From Neoechinorhynchus agilis (taxonomy: Eukaryota > Animalia > Acanthocephala): a stretch of 64,000 bases of DNA. The stretch's first letter is position 1. Each line of letters begins with the position of its first letter. Under the pieces are notes generated by a model that did no database searches, was not told where the DNA came from, and saw nothing but the letters and a program-made list of their open reading frames with translations. Below, piece by piece: positions 22,901 through 35,447 of the stretch. The DNA lies in the NCBI GenBank assembly GCA_051530055.1, contig CM121342.1, positions 13,655,480-13,719,479 on the forward strand, given 5' to 3'. A program made the position numbers and the translations under genes.

Positions 22901-25900
22901 ACGACCGAATCCTTTACGATTATAATAAAAATCCATTCCATAAAATCGCTTTATTCAAATTCAATTCTGCGCTGTCTATCGTCGGCCCGCTAAACAAAAT
23001 CACAACGCCTACAAACCTCTCGGCTTTGCGATCGATTTTTTGTTGTCCGTACAAAAACAACTGAGAATATCCGACGACCGAATCCTTTACGGTTATAATA
23101 AAAATCCATTCCATAAAATCGCTTTATTCAAATTCAATTCTGCGCTGTCTATCGTCGGCCCGCTAAACAAAATCACAACGCCTACAAACCTCTCGGCTTT
23201 GCGATCGATTTTTTGTTGTCCCTACTCAAACAACTTAGAAGATCCGGTGACCAAATCCTTTACGATTATAATAAAAATCCATTCCATAAAATCGCTTCAT
23301 TAAAATCCAATTCCGCGCTGACTATCGTCGGCCCGCTACACCAAATCACAACGCCTACAAACCTCTCGGCTTTGCGATCGATTTTTTGTTGTCCGTACAA
23401 AAACAACTGAGAATATCCGACGACCGAATCCTTTACGATTATAATAAAAATCCATTCCATAAAATCGCTTTATTCAAATTCGATTCTGCGCTGACTATCG
23501 TCGGCCCGCTAAACAAAATCACAACGCCTACAAAAACCTCTCGGCTATGCGATCGATTTTTTGTTGTCCGTACAAAAAGAACTGAGAAGGTCCGACTACC
23601 GAATCCTATTCGATTATAATAAAAATCCATTCCATAAAATCGCTTTATTCAAATTCAATTCTGCGCTGTCTATCGTCGGCCCGCTAAACAAAATCACAAC
23701 GCCTACAAACCTCTCGGCTTTGCGATCGATTTTTTGTTGTCCCTACTCAAACAACTTAGAAGATCCGGCGACCACATAATTTACGATTATAATAAAAATC
23801 CATTCCATAAAATCGCTTTATTAAAATTCAATTCTGCGCTGACTATCGTCGGCCCGCTAAACAAAATCACAACGCCTACAAACCTCTCGGCTTTGCGATC
23901 GATTTTTTGTTGTCCCTACTCAAACAACTTAGAAGATCCGGCGACCACATAATTTACGATTATAATAAAAATCCATTCCATATAATCGCTTTATTAAAAT
24001 TCAATTCTGCGCTGACTATCGTCGGCCCGCTAAACAAAATCACAACGCCTACAAACCTCTCGGCTTTGCGATCGATTTTTTGTTGTCCGTACAAAAACAA
24101 CTGAAAAGATCCGACGACCGAATCCTTTACGACTATAATAAAAATCCATTCTATAACATCGCTTTATTAAAATCCAATTCCGCGCTGTCTATCATCGGCC
24201 CGCTACACCAACTCGAAACACTTACAAACTTCTCGGCTTTGCGATCGATTTTTTGTTGCCGTACTAAAACAACTGAAAAGATCCGACGACCGAATCCTTT
24301 ACGATTATAATAAAAATCCATTCCATAAAATCGCTTTATTCAAATTCAATTCTGCGCTGTCTATCGTCGGCCCGCTAAACAAAATCACAACGCCTACAAA
24401 CCTCTCGGCTTTGCGATCGATTTTTTGTTGTCCGTACAAAAACAACTGAGAATATCCGACGACCGAATCCTTTACGGTTATAATAAAAATCCATTCCATA
24501 AAATCGCTTTATTCAAATTCAATTCTGCGCTGTCTATCGTCGGCCCGCTAAACAAAATCACAACGCCTACAAACCTCTCGGCTTTGCGATCGATTTTTTG
24601 TTGTCCCTACTCAAACAACTTAGAAGATCCGGCGACCAAATCCTTTACGATTATAATAAAAATCCATTCCATAAAATCGCTTTATTAAAATTCAATTCTG
24701 CGCTGACTATCGTCGGCCCGCTAAACAAAATCACAACGCCTACAAACCTCTCGGCTTTGCGATCGATTTTTTGTTGTCCCTACTCAAACAACTTAGAAGA
24801 TCCGGCGACCAAATCCTTTACGATTATAATAAAAATCCATTCCATAAAATCGCTTTATTAAAATTCAATTCTGCGCTGACTATCGTCGGCCCGCTAAACA
24901 AAATCACAACGCCTACAAACCTCTCGGCTTTGCGATCGATTTTTTGTTGTCCGTACAAAAACAACTGAGAAGATCCGACGACCGAATCCTTTACGATTAT
25001 AATAAAAATCCATTCCATAAAATCGCTTTATTCAAATTCAATTCTGCGCTGACTATCGTCGGCCCGCTAAACAAAATCACAACGCCTACAAACCTCTCGG
25101 CTTTGCGATCGATTTTTTGTTGTCCGTACAAAAACAACTGAGAAGATCCGACGACCGAATCCTTTACGATTATAATAAAAATCCATTCCATAAAATCGCT
25201 TTATTAAAATCCAATTCCGCGCTGTCTATCGTCGGCCCGCTACACCAAATCACAACGCCTACAAACCTCTCGGCTTTGCGATCGATTTTTTGTTGCCGTA
25301 CTAAAACAACTGAAAAGATCCGACGACCGAATCCTTTACGATTATAATAAAAATCCATTCCATAAAATCGCTTTATTCAAATTCAATTCTGCGCTGTCTA
25401 TCGTCGGCCCGCTAAACAAAATCACAACGCCTACAAACCTCTCGGCTTTGCGATCGATTTTTTGTTGTCCGTACAAAAACAACTGAGAAGATCCGACGAC
25501 CGAATCCTTTACGATTATAATAAAAATCCATTCCATAAAATCGCTTTATTCAAATTCAATTCTGCGCTGTCTATCGTCGGCCCGCTAAACAAAATCACAA
25601 CGCCTACAAACCTCTCGGCTTTGCGATCGATTTTTTGTTGTCCCTACTCAAACAACTTAGAAGATCCGGTGACCAAATCCTTTACGATTATAATAAAAAT
25701 CCATTCCATAAAATCGCTTCATTAAAATCCAATTCCGCGCTGACTATCGTCGGCCCGCTACACCAAATCACAACGCCTACAAACCTCTCGGCTTTGCGAT
25801 CGATTTTTTGTTGTCCGTACAAAAACAACTGAGAAGATCCGACGACCGAATCCTTTACGATTATAATAAAAATCCATTCCATAAAATCGCTTTATTCAAA

Positions 25901-27256
25901 TTCGATTCTGCGCTGACTATCGTCGGCCCGCTAAACAAAATCACAACGCCTACAAACCTCTCGGCTTTGCGATCGATTTTTTGTTGTCCCTACTCAAACA
26001 ACTTAGAAGATCCGGTGACCAAATCCTTTACGATTATAATAAAAATCCATTCCATAAAATCGCTTTATTAAAATTCAATTCCGCGCTGACTATCGTCGGC
26101 CCGCTACACCAAATCACAACGCCTACAAACCTCTCGGCTTTGCGATCGATTTTTTGTTGTCCGTACTAAAACAACTGAGAAGATCCGACGACCGAATCCT
26201 TTACGATTATAATAAAAATCCATTCCATAAAATCGCTTTATTAAAATCCAATTCCGCGCTGACTATCGTCGGCCCGCTACACCAAATCACAACGCCTACA
26301 AACCTCTCGGCTTTGCGATCGATTTTTTGTTGTCCGTACAAAAACAACTGAAAAGATCCGACGACCGAATCCTTTACGATTATAATAAAAATCCATTCCA
26401 TAAAATCGCTTTATTCAAATTCGATTCTGCGCTGACTATCGTCGGCCCGCTAAACAAAATCACAACGCCTACAAACCTCTCGGCTTTGCGATCGATTTTT
26501 TGTTGTCCCTACTCAAACAACTTGAAGATCCGGTGACCAAATCCTTTACGATTATAATAAAATCCATTCCATAAAATCGCTTCATTAAATAATTCCGCGC
26601 TGACTATCGTCGGCCCGCTAAACAAAATCACAACGCCTACAAACCTCTCGGCTTTGCGATCGATTTTTTGTTGTCCCTACTCAAACAACTTAGAAGATCC
26701 GGTGACCAAATCCTTTACGATTATAATAAAAATCCATTCCATAAAATCGCTTCATTAAAATCCAATTCCGCGCTGACTATCGTCGGCCCGCTACACCAAA
26801 TCACAACGCCTACAAACCTCTCGGCTTTGCGATCGATTTTTTGTTGTCCGTACAAAAACAACTGAGAAGATCCGACGACCGAATCCTTTACGATTATAAT
26901 AAAAATCCATTCCATAAAATCGCTTTATTCAAATTCGATTCTGCGCTGACTATCGTCGGCCCGCTAAACAAAATCACAACGCCTACAAACCTCTCGGCTT
27001 TGCGATCGATTTTTTGTTGTCCCTACTCAAACAACTTAGAAGATCCGGTGACCAAATCCTTTACGATTATAATAAAAATCCATTCCATAAAATCGCTTCA
27101 TTAAAATCCAATTCCGCGCTGACTATCGTCGGCCCGCTACACCAAATCACAACGCCTACAAACCTCTCGGCTTTGCGATCGATTTTTTGTTGTCCGTACA
27201 AAAACAACTGAAAAGATCCGACGACCGAATCCTTTTCGATTATAAACGGAATCCCA
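19990..27256. repeat. 173-bp tandem satellite array, about 42 units, with higher-order structure
   Basis: Identical motifs recur every 173 bp (ORF starts 20271, 20444, ...). Edge units are more diverged; diagnostic variants repeat at 1212-bp and 1385-bp periods. Confidence 0.98.
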
Positions 27257-28899
27257 TTATCACATTAATTAATAGCACAATTTAAATGGATGAGATTTGC
27301 AATAACACCTAATTTGTACTATTCGGAAAGAATCCTTGAGATTTTTGTTCTCGTGTCGGTCACGCTTGCGCCAGCGCTCAATTCATACGACACGTGATTT
27401 GGTTTCGCTTCTTTCCGTGATTATTCTTTTGGGATATGTGGTGGTTGTGCTGCGTTTTTTGAAAGGGAGAGAAATTCATTTTGGGGGGCTGGAGTCGTTG
27501 TCACATATTGTGGACACGGGATAGTTCCGGATGTTTTGTGGTTATTCGTCAGTTTACTGTTTGCAACTATCTTCATTAGCGGTGGTCGTTGGTGCGACGG
27601 TGGCATATTTTTACATCCATCCAGGGGATGATGTACCGAGTCGCATGCGGGAGACGCTCTTGTCATATCTTTATTTATTATATCGATTTTCATTCATAAA
27701 AGAAAGGGGGATGAAGAACCTAAGCCATCCACACGATCCCGGGCAAAACTTGATGTTTAAACGATGGTGAGGATTGACGGTTGCAGCGGTCACCTGAGAT
27801 TGTTCATGTTTTTATATGGTTCCAATTAATGGCAATTTTCTCTGTTTTATGAGGAGTTCATTCAACATGAGGAATAATAAATTCTTTTGATTTTTATGTC
27901 ATAAACAAAAAAATTGATGACTGAACGTTTATCTTACCTTTTTAGTTTTCTGGCTCTAAGATCTTAGTACACAAAATCGAAGTTAAAATTTCCGATTTTT
28001 CTCCAATGCCGTATCGGGCAACGTTTCCTACTATGGGGAACTGGGTTGGACTTTTGACGCCCAAATCTCGTTCAATTTTCGACTAATGACTGCTCCCTAG
28101 ACAATTTTTTAATGATTAGCCATTACATTGGAACTTTCACCAACGATACGTTCTGAACATTTGACATTCTTTGATCCTTAGTTTCTTAGACATTTCAGCA
28201 GTTCGCATTCTTCTAAAAATTCAATAACCATTTATTTCGCATTATTAAAACCGAAACTCATCTACGATACACCTAACGAGCTGTCCGAGTGCATTGAGTT
28301 TGTTGGTGTAATTATTTATGGTAAATAGACACGTGCAATCAATCCTAATATACAAAGTTGCTTTCGTTAGCGATTTGAAACCCAATTTCACGGTAACGAG
28401 AACAATTCCAAACTCGATAGTATCTTAGTCACATCATTTCGCTCGAGTGTCTACACTTAAAACGCAAGCTAAACAAACGTTCTCCTCGAAATTCAATATT
28501 TATCGCTTAATTCACTTTCGACACATTCCTGATAGTTCTCGTTTCTAATTAGACCTATCAAAATGTTCAGGGAAAGAGTTTCGTTTTAAAGCAACACTTT
28601 TTTCACAGAAGTTAGAAGATTATACCAATTGCCGAATGTATTTCATGCAGCGTTTTTTCTCGTGCTCTTTGAACTTTTCATCAAAGCGACAATGCGCATT
28701 TAATTGTTTTAAAATAATATAAATATTGTTATATTTAACTCATTTTTATGATTCAAATAAGATACTTTTTATTTTCGTACATTTCCATGTTTGTCCACGG
28801 CTATTCTAAGAAGTAACTAAGGTTTTGAGTTCAATGTGACGAAGACGATTATATTTTTCAGACGGCTCCATATTTGAGACGAGCTTTGTTCGCAAAAAA

Positions 28900-29200
28900 A
28901 GAAATTAGCACACGCGTTCGCACGGAAGCGAGGCTGAAGTTGTGCAAGATGCTCACAGTTGAGGAGTTCTCTTTCCTTTTGGTTCCTGTGTAAATTCGCT
29001 CGTGATCGTTTTGAGACTACACTCCTTTTATATATGACTCCGCGTACCACTAGTTGATGATATAATCTTGTTTTAAAAACGTACGGACTTTTGTGCCTTC
29101 TTTGAGATGTGTGATGGAAGTGTGTAGTTTTTAAGTGATTTAATTCTCTTTCTTGTGACTGCAACAATGTCAACTTTTAGGTCCTCAAGTTTCTAAGGTT
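28900..29200 (-). mobile_element. Possible decayed APE endonuclease fragment of a LINE
   Basis: The stop-interrupted frame KLEDLKVDIVAVT resembles the L..lkiDi.avtE motif of LINE APE domains. Confidence 0.3.
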
Positions 29201-29432
29201 TCTTCTCATAAAACACTACTTAAATTCCCCGGTGCGTTTGAATCTTTATGTATTTTTGAACGCTAGGACAACTCATCAACTTGGCGAGTGTTTATAAACT
29301 TGTGTATGTGTTTGCGCATCTACGACGTTTTTGCACCGCGCCAGCTTATTCGTTGCGGTTGGGGCATGAATGGAGCTGCATGTTCACAGTTGGATTACAC
29401 GCCATGGTTTCCCTTAATATTGCTTAGAATTC

Positions 29433-29666
29433 ATGCCCGTTGGTTATTATTGCGACTATTGCGAAGTGTACGTTCCGTTAAGAAATCGGAGACTTCATCG
29501 ACAAGGACTGACTCATCGTCAAGCGTTTCAGCGAGCACATTTCGCCGCTAGCAGCGACAACGTACTTGTCAGCCATCATCCACTGACTTCACATCCGTGC
29601 TTCTGTGAGTCAGAGCACGAAGCAGACCAACTCGTCCAAGAGCTTGAAGAATTCTGCTTTCTTTAA
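29433..29666 (+). CDS. Small U1C/matrin-type zinc finger protein (ZMAT5/SNRPC-like)
   Basis: YYCDYC-x9-RRLHRQGLTH (C-x2-C...H-x5-H) at the N-terminus. Confidence 0.7.
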   Translation: MPVGYYCDYCEVYVPLRNRRLHRQGLTHRQAFQRAHFAASSDNVLVSHHPLTSHPCFCESEHEADQLVQELEEFCFL

Positions 29667-29733
29667 TAGAAATAGATTTTGTGTGTGTTTGTGATTAATC
29701 CATTTTTGCCCGTCGTCCCCAATTTTCAGACTT

Positions 29734-30411
29734 ATGCTTCCAATCCTGGACCGAAAAAGGCAGGCATCTCCCGATAGAAACCCCAATTCAGATGCCAACG
29801 AAGCTGATGATGCAACGATTTGGACGCCTGATAATTTGGCAAAACGATTTAACAATGCCGATTTCGGATTTAGTCAGAAGCCAGGACTTAATCCTGCATT
29901 TGCCGGCAATCCTTTTCAAAAGTACCCGTTTATTAACGTTTTATCCAGGAAAAGGACTCTCGACGCAGATGGATTAAAGGACAGTCCCGATGATTTATTG
30001 AGCCAACCACTTCTAAAAATCCCTCTAATGTCAACAACTGTACCGCGGGACAAAGACATCAAGTTTCATGATACCTTCAATAAAATGCTCGCAATTTCAC
30101 CCAAGTTATATGCTGACGCAGTCAAAGCTGCTGTTGACCTGGAGTTTAACAAGTATTCAAGACTTTCACTAAGTTCTAAGAAACTTGATATTTGCCTTGT
30201 GGACGACTTTGACAATCAATATATCACCCTGGAACAGTCAAAAACGATCTGTAAAGAAACGGTTGAACGAATGGAAGGCATTATCAGAAATCAATACGAG
30301 GCTGAGTTATCTAAACGCTTAAGTGTTCAATATGAAGCCTTCACAAAGTTCACAAATGATAGCCTCCAAAAACACTTCGCTTCATCTGAAGAACCGTCAT
30401 ATATATCTTGA
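29734..30411 (+). CDS. AKIRIN: Akirin; intronless
   Basis: C-terminus ITLEQSKTICKE...IRNQYEAELSKRLSVQYEAFTKFTND...PSYIS matches the akirin signature. KRTLD motif upstream. Confidence 0.9.
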   Translation: MLPILDRKRQASPDRNPNSDANEADDATIWTPDNLAKRFNNADFGFSQKPGLNPAFAGNPFQKYPFINVLSRKRTLDADGLKDSPDDLLSQPLLKIPLMSTTVPRDKDIKFHDTFNKMLAISPKLYADAVKAAVDLEFNKYSRLSLSSKKLDICLVDDFDNQYITLEQSKTICKETVERMEGIIRNQYEAELSKRLSVQYEAFTKFTNDSLQKHFASSEEPSYIS

Positions 30412-31134
30412 CGAGGACGGGGCTAAGGAAAACGAGTGCCAAGCGGGTCCTGTTGTATCATGGATGCTATGACTGGCTTTTTATACTCTTTTCAACAGGA
30501 TAATCGTGCGTGTGCTTGGTATGGAAAATTATGAGTCCTTAAATCGATCAATCATCTTTAAAATCAAAAATTCGCTTAAGCGCTCGCACGATTAAACCGC
30601 TTACTTAAATATTGAAAAAATAAATCCGACGGCTAAATAAATGAGCGTGACGGGCATTTCGCTTGAACTTCGGTGTTTTGACATGGTCGAAGATGATGAT
30701 TCGTCGTTTAAATGCTGTAACTGTTCCATAATCCCTTTTCGTCTTTTTGTTACCTGAACTATGTGAAATCTTATAAATTATAGATTTTTTGACATGGCGT
30801 GAAATATTAATGAAAGAAGACTTTTCTGTAAGTTATTAATTATTAATACAAGTTTCTTTGCCATAATTTTTTGTATTCAATCTAATTTACTGTATTTTTG
30901 AAATATTTAAGGGGAAATACAGGTTACAGAAATCTAGAAAGCAACAATGTCACTTTTGATTAGTTCCTTTTACTAGCCCTGAAATTGTTTTTGCCAACCA
31001 AAAAACGCATACCAAAAAACCGATTATTTTAAAATATATTTATTCCTCAAGGACTTGCGAATTTAATAACTCAAAACGAGATTCGGATAGAGAACAAGTC
31101 CGAAGTGTAAATTGGATTTATTTAATTTTTCTTT

Positions 31135-31730
31135 ACATTACATTAGGCCCATTACATGTCATCCGGACGCTGGCAGCGGTCCCACGCTGGACAGCCAGAC
31201 TCAAGTTTTCTCTCAAGAAAGTGATTGACTGCGGCTCTTTCGTTACACTCGCGATACGTCGCCCCAGTTAAATCACGAATTCCGCTGCGGCCTTTCCAAA
31301 TGCCCCGTAAGTCTCGACTCCGAAGGGCAGGAACAAAAACTGAGAGGCTAACTCATGATACTTCGCGGTCTTATGTTCCTCCGCTCTCGTTGCCGCGGCT
31401 CCTGCGCCTAATTCAGCGGTCGTTATATTGTTGTTTGCCAGCGTATCGACGCATGTTGCGTCCCATATAAGGCATCTGCCACGTTACCAGGGAAAGACCG
31501 TGACCCCGTTAGGACGTTTCCTGTCTGAGCGGCAGAGATTATTTGGCTCCAGGATGCAGGGCACATGAATCGATCTCAGCGCTCGACTTATGATAGCGTT
31601 GATTTCAGCATGGCGGAGAAAACGTCCTGCGGACCGTTTACATGAGAGACCGTGTTGCCCCCTGCTGTCCACTGTGACACCACATCGACATTTATGAGCG
31701 ACACAATTCCGATGTTCTCTGGCTGCAAAA
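31135..31730 (-). mobile_element. 5'-truncated CRE-like non-LTR retrotransposon (RLE C-terminus)
   Basis: HKCRCGVTVDSRGQHGLSCKRSAGRFLRHAEIN...LEP..L.RSDRKRP..VTVFPW...SLAVQRGTAASV; several frameshifts. Confidence 0.85.
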
Positions 31731-32353
31731 ATTTGGTTTACCAGTCGAAAACAGTATTTTAATATGGTTTCATTTAGATTAACGAAAAATTGACGACGGT
31801 AAAATATAAAATATATGCAATAATACTAATTTATAAATTATTTAAAATACAAAGAAATTTTATTACCATTTATTTTCACCAAAATGTAAACTCATCGACG
31901 TTAAAATGAGCGAACACTCTCCTTCCAGAAACCCAAGATGAGGCCATGATAAACGAACTTTATTCCCCGGAATCACCGTGATAATTTTACCAACTCAAGA
32001 TATAACACCGACAAAATGCCGTCCTCGTGTCATCGGTGGAAAACTCTCAATCGAAACAACGATCTTACATCGTACGTTGGGGTAATGAAAAGCCTTCAGC
32101 TTCATGAATAGTGCACAGAAAGCCATTGTTGCCGACGTTGACCACCCGCGAATCTCCGGCGGAATTTCGCTGACAAACTACACTTTGTGGAAGCGTTCAT
32201 TCTTGCATAAATCTTAAGTGCATCCGTCAAAGAAACAGCAAGCCAGTCCAGAACATGACCATAATCTAAAATGTTGACGGATTTTATGTAAACACAAACA
32301 ATAGCATTTGCAGTTCCATTCTGAGCGATAGTGTACAATACAATCTTTTTATA

Positions 32354-32650
32354 AACACTTTTTTTGAAAATTCGCTCACACTGCAGCCGCCATACGGATG
32401 ATCGCGGTTTCCCGCTGCACGGCGAGACTTATGTTTTGGTCCAAAAACATTGGCGCGCGAGGAAACTTCGTTATTTTCATCAGTCTCAGCCCTATATCCC
32501 TTGTCAACGTCAAAGCCGTCTCCAGCAACGAACCATAGGTTTCGACGCCGAACGGAACAAAAATAGCAGTGGCGACTTCGCCGGCGCCTTTTTTTCGCAA
32601 GTTCGAAGTTGTTCCAGGTCAAAGTGTCGGTGCATGTTGTGTCCGTCCTA
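32354..32650 (-). mobile_element. Short 3' fragment of a CRE-like element
   Basis: DTTCTDTL, GAGEVA..., FVPFGVETYG, ISLAVQRE-T-A. Confidence 0.8.
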
Positions 32651-33034
32651 AATTTGACAGGATCTTGTTATTGCCACTATCCTCTAAAATATGAGAAGCA
32701 AAACGTAAGCAGCCAGATTTTGTGTCGTTCATATTAAAAATGGCATTTAAGCGGCAAAGTGAGAAAAAATATGTACTTTGTATTCAAGTTAAAATAGAAA
32801 GAAATTAGACACCATGAAAAAAGAGCGAAATGTGCCATTGCAATCATTTAATACAAATTTTATTATTTAGGCCAAATTAATTACGCTTAAATCTTCTTTT
32901 TTCTTAGAAAATGGTTGCTATTGTTTGGAAATGATAAACAAATTTGCTTTTCTTAAAAAGAATTTCCAATAATTAATTCTATAAAGAACAATTTATACAT
33001 GAGACCTTCTAATTTATTTACACTCTGTGGAACT

Positions 33035-34648
33035 TCATTTACAATTCAACACTTTTAAAAATTGGATATAATATACGGCACGCTTGCGATATGTCATCGA
33101 AATCGCGGCCATTTAATATAAGTTTTCGGGTTGTGAAACCCTGAATATTTGCATCTATTCTTTTAATTGTTATTTTTGCACCATTGGAAATTTCAGGACG
33201 ATAGAAAAATGTTTTTATCTTTCTCGTAATTGGATGCTTATTCGCCCATAAATCAATCAGGCTGTATAAATCAACTTGAAGCCGAAAATCGGTCTTCGCT
33301 TGTATCCGGCAAAGACTATAGCCTCGAACTTGTGTTTCACTCCAGCTCTTCTGAGTTGACGCGTTGCACGGTCCGCCAAATCACGAGTCTGATCAAGCGT
33401 TCCAGGGCAATATATAACAGCGCGATCAAATCGATAGAATGATACTTTACCCGGAGGCGCGTGATGTATTAATGTTAATATCCTTCCTTGACTATCTATC
33501 TTAGAATTCATGACTTTATTGGCCAGTTCACGAATGTTAAGCTCTTCGAAGATATGAAACACTGCGATGGTGTTATATATCGTTATTTGGAATTGAGGAT
33601 ATTCTTGAGGGACTGCTGGTAAAGATAGCCGTGAATTGTCTTCAATTTGAACTTCGGATTCATTTATGGGCTCCAGAAATAAACATCTTCGTCTCATCCT
33701 TTCTTCATTAACTAATTGAATTTGTCGCAGCCTCGCGCTTGTAACTGTAACGTCTCGAATATTCGCCTGCTCTCTGTAAACTCTATGTCCACATTCTGGA
33801 TTCTGCACGGGTTCAACCGAGTGTCTTCTTCTGGGAATCCTTGCATCAATATCGTGATATTCATGCATAGATAATTCGCCACTTAAAGAAAAATTGTTCG
33901 ACCGTGGGGTTCTGTTCGGGATTGATTGCGCATTCGGTAATGAATAATCAGTTATCAAATCGAGCGAACCACTTTGCATGTTTTGAATTGGATTGATTTG
34001 CATCGGTTCAACTGCATGGAGAAAACGTGTTGTTGGAAGTTCGGTTTGTCCTGGTAAAGCGCAGAATTGCGGCATGCGTCTTAAATGATAATTTGAACTA
34101 TGTTCATTTGATTGTTCTTGAGATAAATTTATTGGATGTCTGTTTTGAAGATAAGGCAATTGAGATGTTAATCGTTGAGTAATTAAATACTGATGTCGTC
34201 TCGAATGTGGATTAAGGCTAAATCCACTAGGTCGATTAACTAGCCGTTGAGATCGGAGTAGAGAATGATGATATAGGTTTCGATCAAGCGCATGTGGATA
34301 TCTAGACGAATCCACGAATGAATGAGTTATATGATGTAAATTTTGTTGTGACTGTGATAGTCTATAATGAGGCCAGTTTGAGCTATTTGAACGGTGATAA
34401 GTATTATGCTGATGGAATAAATCAGTTTGTGAATGTCGAAACTGCGATGAGTGTTCGCCCGCTTGTATAATCTCTTCTTGACGCCGATCTGAACCACGTG
34501 GATCGAAAGGATTGGACACAATGGGAAAATCATATAAATGTCGCTGATTAGGATTCACTAGTGTCATTGCAATTCGTCGTTGCATGTTGTCCGAGGGTTG
34601 TACGCTATATGTTGGTCGTATAGTTCGGTCGCTCATTCCAATCACCAT
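33035..34648 (-). CDS. Divergent TBP-family factor (TRF2/TLF-like) with long low-complexity N-terminus; one frameshift between the two TBP repeats
   Basis: Repeat 1 (ITIYNTIAVFHI.EELNIRELA...RQLRRAG) is in ORF 33257-34648. Repeat 2 (VRGYSLCRIQAKTDFRLQVDL...YRPEISNG...ISQACRILYPILK, stop at 33035) is in the -1 frame from ~33330. Confidence 0.7.
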
Positions 34649-35447
34649 AGTGCAATTTCTTGGCTTTTTAGCAGTAGAAAGTGGGAATAAAAGGAGATTG
34701 TATTATGCGAATATAAATAACTAGTAACAACGAAAATAACATGAAGCCGTTACAGGTCCCTGATTGGCCCATTTGCTTAAATATATTTTCATACGTGGGC
34801 ACGTGATTTGCTGAAGTGCCATAAAATAAAATCTATTGTAACGTTTTAAGCTAAAGCGAACAATGGAAAAAGGTAGCTTTTGTTTTGGTGTTAATGAATT
34901 TTATTGCCTTTTTGCAGGTGTAATCAAATCCGCGGCGAAAACTAGTGATTAAAAATCAATTTAAATTTTCTCGAGAATTTTTAATTATTGTATCAAAATA
35001 TTGGCATTCCGCAGCTAGTCTTTCCTATTAATTTTTCAAAGATTTCATTTATTTGTTATACTTTACATATATTTAAGTTTGTGGAGATTTTAACAGCATG
35101 TTTATGAAATGCGAAATTAATCGATCGGAAAAAGAAAATTGAATAGAACTACATATATCAATAAAGACTTACACCAAGATTGTTCAACTCGATTTGCAAC
35201 CAATAGCTCGTTTTTGTTTTATTGCACTTCACGCAAAATTTCATTATCTACTAAGTGTTTTCGGTTAGTGTAAATCGTTCATAAAAGCAACCATACACAT
35301 GTCGTTGCTGTTACAATATTTCCTTTAAGTTGAAATAATGAAAATCTAATAATCTTAACGCGCGTCCTTTTCATACTTCAAAACATTCTAATTGTCAAAC
35401 ATTCGACGATAAAAAATCGGCATATCATTATATAAACACGTTTTTAT

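Noticed and set aside
20098-27211. Dozens of 62-87-aa ORFs on both strands
   Set aside because: Artefacts of the 173-bp satellite. The unit is not a multiple of 3, starts are mostly TTG or repeat-internal ATG, and variants freely create stops.
19990-27256. Satellite as CRISPR array, SL-RNA/5S array or hammerhead satellite
   Set aside because: No unique spacers or cas genes. No 5S/tRNA boxes. An AG|GT plus GATTTTG Sm-like pair on the - strand is only ~15 nt apart. CTGAGAAG does not complete a hammerhead core.
31900-32338. Possible membrane-protein gene between the CRE fragments
   Set aside because: Stops interrupt the frame and I could not build a splice model or recognise a family.
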